Shown here piece by piece: positions 11,131 through 22,004 of a stretch of DNA of 64,000 nucleotides. Position 1 is the stretch's first letter, and the number at the start of each line of letters is the position of its first letter. The position numbers and the translations under genes are program-made. The stretch comes from Eledone cirrhosa (lineage: Eukaryota): positions 33,232,001 through 33,296,000 of the forward strand of contig OZ024742.1 of assembly GCA_964016885.1 (NCBI GenBank). Reading direction: 5' to 3'. The notes below the pieces were generated by a model, which was given only the letters and a program-made list of their open reading frames with translations, was not told the origin of the DNA and searched no databases.

Positions 11131-12359
11131 GCTAGTAGTTGATCCAGGCCAGATGTAAAATATAGGCCATCAAAGCTGTTAATAGGTCCTGGGCAGATGT
11201 GAAATGTAGGCTCCAAATGTAAAATATAGACAAGAAAATCTGGTAATAGGCTCAGAGGTCAGATGCAAAATGTACGCCCCCACCAAAGCTGGTATTAGGC
11301 CCAAGCGCCACATCAAACTGCTCATCTACTATTTTAGCAATCAGTGCTAGTTTATGTATGAATTATGAGTATAAACACATACATGTAGTGTATATGATGT
11401 ACTTACAGGTAATAGAACAGAATAAAAGGACTAGAACTTTAGATGAGTTGACCCATACCCTCAAAATGAGAAGCCCTTGTCAACTGGCCAGCTAGTCTCT
11501 CCATGTGTAATATGATAGGTTTTTGATGGATAATGGCATTTTGAATTTGCCAACCACCAATACCACTACTGATAACCACTACTACCTCCTAACAATTGAT
11601 GCTGAGTTATGATGATAGTTATGGTTGTGACAGTGGTGGTTGACTTGATGAAGTAATGTGGTGAAGGTGGCAGATATATTGGTTGTGGTAGTCATACTGA
11701 AGAGAATAGTGATTAATTAGAATAATGAGGATGGTGATGGTAGTGCTAATGGTAGGGGCAGGAGTGATGCTGGTGGTGGTGGTGGTGGTGGTGGTAGTGG
11801 CAGGGATGGTAGCTGTAGTGGTGACAGTGGCAGCAGCAGTGTTCGTAGTGTTGATGTTGTTGTTGGTAGTGGTGGTATTGATTTTAGTGGTGGTAGTGGT
11901 AGAGTTGTTGATGTTGGTGGTGTTGATGGTGGTTGAGGTGCTGATCTTGTTATTGATGGTGATGGTATTGATGTTGGTGTTGAAGGTGGTAGTATTGATG
12001 CTGGTGGTGGTGTTGATGCTGGTGGTGGTGGTAGCATTGATGATGGTGGTGGTGGTGGTGGTGGTGATGGTGGTGGCGGTGGTGGTGGTGGAAGTGGTGT
12101 TGACGTTGGTGGTGATGTTGATGATGGACTGATGTTGGTGGTGATGTTGATGATGGAGTTGATGTTGGTGGTGGTGCTGATGTTGGTGGTGGTAGAGGTA
12201 GTGATAAGGAGACAGACAGGAGTGATGTCAGGAATGCTTAGAATAATGGTTAATGGTGAGTGAGAGTGTACCAAGGATAAGGGGTGGGAGAAGAGAAGAT
12301 AAGGAAAAAAGAGGGGAATGGAAGCTACTGTTGCTGCTGCTACTGATGATGATGATAAT

Positions 12360-13565
12360 GATGGTGTTGGTTGCTGTGATGATGGTTATAATGATAGAGG
12401 TGGTGGTGGTGGTGGTGGTGTTGGTTGCTGTAATGATGGTTATAATGATAGGTGGTGGTGGTGGTGATGGTGGTAGTGATGGTGTTGGTTGCTGTGATGA
12501 TGGTTATAATGATAGAGGTGGTGTTGGTGGTGGTGATGATGGTGTTGGTGGTGGTGATGATGGTGATGATGGTGTTGGTTGCTGTGATGATGGTTATAAT
12601 GATAGAGGTGGTGGTGGTGGTGGTGTTGGTTGCTGTGATGATGGTTATAATGATAGAGGTGGTGGTGGTGGTGGTGGTGATGGTGTTGGTTGTTGTGATG
12701 ATGGTTATAATGATAGAGGAGGTGGTGGTGGTGGTGGTGATGGTTGCTGTGATGATGGTTATAATGATAGAGGTGGTGGTGGTAGTGGTGGTGGTGGTGT
12801 TGGTTGCTGTGATGATGGTTATAATGATAGAGGTGGTGGTGGTGGTGGTGGTGGTGGTGTTGGTTGCTGTGATGATGGTTATAATGATAGAGGTGGTGGT
12901 GGTAGTGGTGGTGGTGGTGTTGGTTGCTGTGATGATGGTTATAATGATAGAGGTGGTGGTGGTGGTGGTGGTGTTGGTTGCTGTGATGATGGTTATAATG
13001 ATAGAGGTGGTGGTGGTGGTGGTGGTGTTGGTTGCTGCGATGATGGTTATAATGATAGAGGTGGTGGTGGTGGTGGTGGTGGTGGTTGCTGTGATGATGG
13101 TTATAATGATAGAGGTGGTGGTGGTGGTTGCTGTGATGATGGTTATAATGATAGAGGAGGTGGTGGTGGTGGTGATGATTGCTGTGATGATGGTTATAAT
13201 GATAGAGGTGGTGGTGGTGGTAGTGGTGGTGATGGTTGCTGTGATGATGGTTATAATGATAGAGGTGGTGGTGGTAGTGGTGGTGGTGGTGTTGGTTGCT
13301 GTGATGATGGTTATAATGATAGAGGTGGTGGTGGTAGTGGTGGTGGTGGTGTTGGTTGCTGTGATGATGGTTATAATGATAGAGGTGGTGGTGGTAGTGG
13401 TGGTGGTGGTGTTGGTTGCTGTGATGATGGTTATAATGATAGAGGAGGTGGTGGTGGTGGTGATGGTTGCTGTGATGATGGTTATAATGATAGAGGAGGT
13501 GGTGGTGGTGGTGATGGTTGCTGTGATGATGGTTATAATGATAGAGTTGGTGGTGGTGGTGGTGA
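12360..13565. repeat. Minisatellite with constant core ggttgctgtgatgatggttataatgatagag and variable (GGT)n spacers, inside a wider GGT/GAT field (11720-13900)
   Basis: About 20 repeats of the core visible. Confidence 0.92.
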
Positions 13566-15999
13566 TAATGATGGTAATGAAGATTGTGTTGATGATGGTG
13601 GTAATGCTGATGATGATGCTAGAGATGATAATAATGATAAGGAATGATTTAATTTACAAAGAGTGCTGATGGTGATGATAGTGGTGGTAATGGCGATGAT
13701 AGTGCTGTTTGTGGTGATGATCCTGGCAGTGGTGGTGATGATAGTGATGATGATTGTGGAGTTGGTAGTGATGATGGTGGTAGTGGTGGTGAGGGGAGCG
13801 ATAGTGATGATGGTAACAAGGAATGATTAGATTATCAAAAGATGCTAATGGTGATGTTGGTGATGCTGATTATGGTAGTGGTGTTTGTGCTGCTGCCGTT
13901 CATTGCTGGTGGCAACAATGAAGAAATTAAAAGGGAACTAGGCTGGGAATGTGAATTTTATTTTTAAAACATTTCAAATTAATTCCTAGAGCCAGTTTGA
14001 AACAACCAAACAGTGAACTTAATAATAATAATAATAATTGTTTGACAGGTGCTGAGGCTTTTGATTAAGTTGCATAATGGTACTAGAGGAAAGATACACC
14101 TCAGCCCTACCAACAATTGCCACTGCTCCACCCTCACCACCACCACCATTACTGCCGCCACTACCACCACCACCACCATTACCACCACAACCACTGCCAC
14201 TACCACCACCACCAACACACAACCACCCAGGCATTGCCAAACAGATAGACAAACACAAAATATAGATTGAGAGATGAAGTAGTAGCCCCACCCTGCCCTA
14301 CATCTACCCATTACCTTTTTATTATTTTTTTTTAGAACGGAGGGAGGGCCTTGAGAGATTTTAATGTTTGAAATACATAAAAGACAGAAACTATATTAAA
14401 ACAAAAACTTTAATAACTCTTAAGATCCTGTACCACATGAAACCACATTAACAAAACAGTCTTGAAAAGTGCAAAACAGCAGTATGACTGCCTCATATTA
14501 AAAATTGAAGTCAGAGTTCAAATCCCACTGAGGTTAACTTTGCCTTTCATCCTTACGGGGTCGATAAAATAAGGCACCAGTAATGTACTGGGGTCGATTT
14601 AATCGTCTTTCCCCTCCCCCCAAATAACTGGCTTTATGCCTATACTAGAAATAATATTAAAAATTAAAGTCTTTACTCTCATACTGAAAAAATTTCACAA
14701 CAATCTGTCCTCTAGTAAAGATACTATAAACATGTGAATGAACAAACCACATTAGCAAGATATTCCTGAAAAGTACAAAACAGTACTACGTATGACTGCA
14801 TCATAGTAAAAATTAACTCTTTAGCATATCCAGCCATATCCAGCCAGAATTCTCTCACCTCTCTCTGTTCAAACTGGCTGTAACCAGCTGCTCATACTTA
14901 TGTTAAGGCATTGTTCTTAAAATAAATAACATCAAAATCTCATAGATTCAATATTATGTGAGACAATTATGTGAGGTACAATAGTATATATAAAGTAATG
15001 TAAATGCTAAAGGGTTAAATCTAATACTGCAAACTTTCACAACAATCTGTCCACTATTAAAGATAATATAAATATTTGAATTAACAAATCACATGAAACC
15101 ACATTAGCAACACATTCCTGAAAAGTACAAAACAGCACTATGACTGCATCATATTAAAAATTAAAGTCTTTACTCTAATAATTGTTTCTACTTTTGGCAC
15201 AAGGCCAGCAATTACCCAGTGTATTACTGGTACTTTATTTTATCGACCCCGTAAGGATGAAAGGCAAAGTCAACCTCGGCGGGATTTGAACTCAGAATGG
15301 CAAGGGCCGTAACTCTATGCGTCAAAGCATGGCGTCCGACCCTCTACCGATACTGCCAATCCACTGCCCAGTCTTTACTCTAATAATGCAAACTTTCACA
15401 ACAATCTGTCTAATATTAACTCTAGCATTTAAACCGGCCATATCCAGCCAGGATTCTCTCACCTCTTTCTGTTCAAACCAGCCGTATCTGGCCGTTCATA
15501 CTGATGTTAAGGTATTGTTCTCAAAATAAATAACATCAAAATCTCATAGATTCGATATTATGTGAGATAATTACGTGAGGTAAAGCCTTTACTGTGAAAA
15601 TACAATAGTATATATAAAATAATTGTTTCTAGTTTTGGCACAAGGCCAGCAATTACCCAGTACATTACTGGTACTTTATTTTATCGACCTCGTAAGGATG
15701 AAAGGCAAAGTTAACCTCGGCGGGATTTGAACTCAGATTGTAAAGGGACGTAAATGTGAATGCTAAAGGGTTAAAGATAAACAAACATTTGAATTAACAA
15801 ACTAATTTTTGGATATTTCTTGCTAAAATATTACATAATGAAGATGTAAAAAAGGAAAAAGCAACAAAAAGGGACAGGTGCTTACCCTCAAATATACACA
15901 CAAGATTCACTCCAACACAGTAGGAGACAGATATAGACCCTCATATAAACTTCTCCCAAAAATCCAAAATAAAAATTATATATTTATATATATATATCA

Positions 16000-16405
16000 T
16001 CATCATTATCTTAATCATCGTTTAACATCCATCTTCCACGCTAGCATGGGTTAGACGGTTTTGTTCCATGTGATGCGGGATTGGTCGGGAGACCATGTCT
16101 CGCTCGTAAGGAAGTGTCTCTGGCAAGTTTTTTACAGCTGGATGCCCTTCCTAACACCAACCACATTTACTGTGTGGACTGGGTGCTTTTTGTTGTGTCA
16201 CCGACACAGTGGACGGAAATGGGAGGATGGAGTAGGGTGTGTGGGGTGGGGAGTATATTGGGTTAAGAGGTGTCTGCTGACTGTAGGTTTGTATGCAAGG
16301 GAAGACGGGTCTTCTGTACAACTGCATGGTGCCAAAGATCTTGATCCAGTGACATTGTCTTAGAGAGGTGTAAGTGAGCAAGTTCAGTTTTTATCACCTC
16401 GCCCC
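16000..16405 (-). mobile_element. RTE LINE 3' end (diverged subfamily). Related 3' ends at ~7103-7330, 32520-32970, 34486-34852
   Basis: ORF-end remnants (32.9-kb copy: [44 protein letters not shown]), the shared ggtgttaggaagggcatccagctgtag block, and an (ATG)n tail. Confidence 0.75.
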
Positions 16406-17407
16406 ACATATATATATAATCATCATCATCATCATTTCATTTTACGTCCGCTTTTTCCCTGCTTACAAGGGTGGGACGGGAACTGATTCTGGGTTGATTT
16501 CTACAGCTGGATGCCCTTCCTAACACCAACCTCATTTACAGTGAGTGCTGGGTGCTTTTTTGCCGTAGCACCTCCACGACCACTTTGCAGTGGAATGATA
16601 TGGACCCCAGTCCCTATCATCTCATTTCTACAGCTGAGTAAACTGGAGCAATGTGAAATAAAGTGTCTTGCTCAAGGAAAAAACACATTGAACTCACAAC
16701 CTTTCGATTGCAAGGCCAATGTTCTAACCATTAAGCCATGTGCCTCCATATATATATATATGTGTTGGGAGATGGGTTCGGCGCGGCCAATTGGCCTGTC
16801 CCTCATCATAACAGAGCCATCCAGTTCCACACTGTAACATGGCTGGTGTTAGAAAGAGCATCCAAATGTAAAATACCCAGCCAAATTTACAGTCCTTGCC
16901 GGAGCAAGGTGCGACAGATGGTCAACCCTGGCCAGACTTGCCTCCTGGTGTGGATGATCCGTCTAACCCATGCAAGCGTGGAAAAATTAATGTTAAACGG
17001 AACTGATGATGATGATGATATATATATATATACAGGACTATATATATATATATATACAGGACTAGAACTGTTTCAGTTGAAGGAAATCATCAAGAAAGCC
17101 TATATCATCATTTCATTTTACGGCCGCTTTTCCCCTGCTTGCAAGGGTGGGACGGGAACTGATTCTGGCTTGATTTCTACAGCTGGATGCCCTTCCTAAC
17201 ACCAACCTCATTTACAGTGAGTGCTGGGTGCTTTTTTGCTGTGGGACCTCCACAACCACTTTGCAGTGGAATGATATGGACCCCAGTCCCTATCATCTCA
17301 TTTCTACAGCTGAGTAAACTGGAGCAATGTGAAGTAAAGTGTCTTGCTGAAGGAAACAACACATCACCCGGTCTGAGAATTGAACTCACAACCTTTCGAT
17401 TGCAAGG

Positions 17408-17460
<53 letters not shown>

Positions 17461-17999
17461 TAATTCCAATTCTGCCCCCACCAAAAATAATCCCCCCAAA
17501 AAAAACTACAAAAAAAAATAAACGAAAACTGAATGATCAACAAAAAAGGACAGACCTAAAATAAGGATGAAAAATTAAAAGGAGTAGAAGAGGAGGGATG
17601 GGGTCGTTTATCATATCCCCACCCCCCCATCAATTATACATGTAAAATATTCAATCCAACAGAAGGAAACAAGGGGCAGAATTAGACCACTCCCTCCATG
17701 TAACAAGAGGTAATGAGAACCACCACCACCCACCACCCTTTGCTAATGAAATCACCTCCATCACCCTTAACACCACCACTCAACCACCACCGCCTCAACA
17801 ACCACCACCACCACCACCTCAACACCACCACCACCACCACCTCAACACCACCACTACCATTACCTCAACACCACCACCACCACTACCACCCTTTGTTAAA
17901 GAAATCATCACCCCACCCTCACTACCCTTGGCTAATGAAATCATTCATTATCATTCTCATCATTAGCCATCATTGTCAACATCCCCTGCCTCATCAGGA

Positions 18000-18445
18000 T
18001 CACCATTATCATCATCACCACCATCACCATTATGACCACTACCAGTCATCATCATCACCACCATCACCATTATGACCACTACCAGTCATCATCATCACCA
18101 CCATCACCATTATGACCACTACCAGTCATCATCATCATCACCATCACCATTATGACCACTACCAGTCATCATCATCATCACTATTATGACCACTACCAGT
18201 CATCATCATCACCATCATCACCATTATGAACACTACCAGTCATCATCCTCATCACCATCACCACCATGACCATTATGACCACTACCAGTCATCACCACCA
18301 TCACCATCATTACCACTACCAGTCATCATCATCATCACCATTATCATTATGACCACTACCAGTCATCACCATCATTATCAACACCACCACCACCATGTCA
18401 TCACCATCATCAACACCACCATCACCATTATCATTATGACCATTA
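18000..18445. repeat. ~39-bp (CAT/CAC)-based minisatellite (ccattatgaccactaccagtcatcatcatcaccaccatca)
   Basis: Direct tandem units visible. Confidence 0.85.
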
Positions 18446-20253
18446 TTTCCTCAGCATTGTGTCATGCCATTATTTAGGGCCTTTCCATTCTGAGTTCAAA
18501 TCCCGCTGAGGTCAACTTTGCCTTTCACCCTAACGGGGTCGATAAAGTAAAGTACCAGTAATGTACTAGGTAATTGCCGGCCTTGTGCCAAAAGTAGAAA
18601 CAATTATTTGGGGCCTTCCAAGTGACTGGGCCTGCCTTGAGTATATAGACTGAGTTTAAATCCTGCTAAGGTTAGGTTATTTTTTTTTTTCATTATAATA
18701 ATAATAATGAAAATATTGTGTACAGTGCTCAGGTGCACTACAACTCATCAAAAAGTGTATGTATAGTACATAGGGTAATGTACAAACGTCAGGAAAATGA
18801 ACAGAGCATGAGTCATGATATACACATGTGTGCATGTGTATGGAAAGGGGACATCAGGTGTAATTTTGGCGAATTTCGAGAAGCATGAGGGTTTTAAAGG
18901 ATGCAGTGTCTCGGCAGCTAACAACTGACGCAGGCAGTTTGTTCCATGCTTCAGCAACTCTGAGTGCCAAAAAATGTTTCCGAAAGTCATGGGAGCTGTG
19001 CTGTTTTCTATTGTTACAAGGTCGATAAAATAAAGTACCAGTAACACACCTGGGTCAAATTAATCAACTTTCCCCTTCCTTTCAAATCACTGGCCTTATG
19101 CCAAATACTTCATTTCCCACCAAGGAGCCATTCATACACACAATAGGAAAAAGCAAAACACAATCATAGGGATTACAAATATGTCAGTACGACAATTCGT
19201 TAAATACAGGGTGTCCACAATAAATGTATACATTGATTACCTGAACAAGCAATATTTATTAGAATGCGCCTTTGTGTATACATTTTTTTGAGATACCCTG
19301 TATTAAGTGCACAAGTTTACCTGAGTTCAATCTTTGGGTTAGAGTATCTACATATATTCTAGCTTAAGTGTATATATATACTCTAATTTAGACAGAACAT
19401 GCAAGCAACACCACAATTGTTTCTGTGGTCCCCCCCCTCAGTGGATAAATCTTTCACCTTTTACAACTGTTGAATTAATACAAACATATCCCAAGCATGA
19501 ACAATGGAATGAGAACAATCCACCTGAATGGTTTGAATAAAAGGTTTGGTTTGAAATTCCAAGGACATTACCGAATATGACAGGCATCTGAAAAATGCTG
19601 GAGGATACAATAGTTGAAACAGTGTAATTATAACAACTAAGCTAAGGAAATATCCTTACCTTCTTCATCTTCATTATTTTATCCTGCCGAGGTTAACTTT
19701 GCCTTTCATCCTTCCGGGGTCGATAAAATAAAGTACCAGTAATGCACTGGGTAATTGCTGGCCTTGTGCCAAAACTAGAAACAATTATTTTACATCCATT
19801 TTCCATGCTGGTATGGGTTGGATGGATTATCATGGTCTGAGACAAGACTAATCATGGAGATAATATCTTACTCATATATTCAATTTTAGACATGATTTCT
19901 ATAGCTGAATGCCCTTCCTAACACCAACCACTTTATAGAGACTAGTCTAAATAAATAGTGTATAAGAACAACACTATGTAAAGATGAGGGGAAGGTGAGA
20001 GACATTATACAATAAGTAATTGAACATGTTGAAGATAAATTGATATAAATTAAATACACAGAATAAATAGATAATTATTTAAAATACAAAATGATTTTAA
20101 AATATATGATTTAAAGAAAAGAGAACATAATGAAACATAATGACAGAGACAGGTATATATATAAGCAAAGAGATATTTAATTTGCTGGTAATTCAACAAA
20201 TTTATTTATTATAACAGATTCGAAGCACCCTACAAGTTTCCTGGAGTATAATA

Positions 20254-20582
20254 TCAATGATGTTAATAAATGGAAACTATATTTATAAAACCATATTTAT
20301 TTTATTATATATATTTCAAGGGTACCAAAAAAACTTTGGTACGTTCTCATCAGATAAAATACAAAATCTGTTTTATAAATAGTGACATACCCGATAAACC
20401 AGACCTTATCAGTTCAGGTTCCATTTGGAAAAACTTGAACCGTTAAGATATGCCAATATTTATAAAACAAACTTTGTATTTTATCTGATGAGAGCGTACC
20501 AAACTTTTCGTACCTTTGAAATATATAGAATAGAATAAATATGGTTTTATAAATATAGTTTCTATTTATTTAATATCATTGA
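20254..20582. ncRNA. Fold-back element (~135-bp arms) with a minimal type-I hammerhead-ribozyme motif in each arm
   Basis: Arms 20254-20389 / 20449-20582. Plus strand: CTGATGA (20485-20491), stem II gtac...gtac, GAAA (20518-20521), tatata. Minus strand: CTGATGA (20353-20347), gtaccaaa/tttggtac, GAAA (20317-20314). Confidence 0.6.
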
Positions 20583-20584
20583 AA

Positions 20585-21618
20585 TATCATCATCATCATC
20601 ATCATCATCAGGTTTAGCGTCCGTGTTCCACGTTTGCATGGGTTTGGACGGGGGTTTTCCCACTTGAGGCAAGAGTGGTTGTCTTGCTCGCATAGGACTG
20701 TCTGGCGGGTTTTCTACAGTTGGATGCCCTTCCTAACACCAACCACATTTACAGTGTGGGGCTGGGAGGTTTTTACCGTGTTGCCTACACGGCCACATTA
20801 CAGCGTGGACTGTCTGGCGGGTTTTCTACAGCTGGATGCCCTTCCTAACACCAACCACATTTACAGTGTGGGGCTGGGAGGTTTTTACCGTGTTGCCTAC
20901 ACGGCCACATTTACAGCGTGGACTGTGTGTTTTTTGTCGTGACACCTACACGATCTCATTTGTTTCGGCCTGGATGTTGTGGGACCAACATAACTTTACA
21001 TTGAAAGGGGCGGTGTGGGTGGGGTGGAGGTGGTGGGACGGGGGTGTGTTTTGATAGAGATGCCTACTGACTGTAGTAGGTTTTTACTTTGTATTTAGGT
21101 AAGGCGGGTCTTCTCTATTTCTGAGTACCGCCAAAGGTCTCGGTCCATTCACATTGTCTTGGAGAGGTGTAAGCGTATGAGGTCTGAATTTATCAGCTCG
21201 TTCCATGTTTTTCTGGGTCTGCCTACTCCGTGGCTACCGTCTATCTTTATTGCCCTGCACTTTGTTATACAGCTGTCGTCTTTCATGCGCATCACGTGAC
21301 CGTACCAACGTAGCCTTCTCTCGAGTAAACAACATCTGATCCCTCTTATTTCTAATTTTTTTCCTTAGTTCGTTTATGCTTTGCCGTTCACGTATATTAC
21401 TATTGCACATCCAGCGGAGCATGCAAGCTTCGTTCCTCTCTAGTCTGCGTATATCCTCTGCACACAATGCCCAGGTCTCACTGCCATGCAGCATTGCTGT
21501 TCGTATGCAGGCATCGTATAACCTGCCTTTCATTTTTAGGGAGAACCCTCTAGCGGCTAATAGTGGTATAAGCTCTCTGAACTTTTTCCATCCAGTTCTG
21601 ACTCTAGCTACTGTACTT
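20585..21618 (-). mobile_element. RTE LINE (subfamily B), 5'-truncated, with a tandem duplication in the 3' UTR
   Basis: Same RT C-terminus and 3' UTR as the other copies; block ~20695-20810 is repeated at ~20807-20925. Confidence 0.92.
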
Positions 21619-21757
21619 ACTACCGCCTGACTGTCGTGCCTTGCCCTAAGGAAACACTCACCACCATGGAACGCATGCTCTTCCAATTTCTTTGGAAGAA
21701 GCGCCCTCCTATGGTGAGAAGTTCCATCTGCTGCCAACAACCTTCGAAAGGAGGGCT
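21615..21757 (+). repeat. 143-bp inverted copy of Tx1 ORF2 sequence 22894-23036, fused to the RTE 5' truncation point
   Basis: Reverse-complement match with two mismatches; ACTT microhomology at the junction. Confidence 0.9.
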
Positions 21758-22004
21758 ATATATATATATAGATACATAGATAGATATATTTCTTTATTTA
21801 CCATAAAGGCATAAAAAGAAGGGACAAATACAAAGGGAGAGTTTACATACAATCGAGTAAAAAGGGTATAAAATGAAAATAATCGAAAATAACCTCAAAA
21901 GGGAGGGGACGTGATGGGGGTTGCACCCCGCCCCCGAAAAAGTGTGCAATCCTTTGCCCGGGGAGCACGCGGAGAAGGTGCTCCCCTCTCCTTCACTTCT
22001 TTAC

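Noticed and set aside
8258-12274. Poly-V/M/H/P ORFs (e.g. VVREIVMV repeats, extensin-like SPSPPP)
   Set aside because: Triplet-repeat artefacts open in several frames, with no splice or codon evidence.
21234-21740. 168-aa ORF as a novel gene
   Set aside because: Chimera of the antisense Tx1 fragment and RTE RT sequence.
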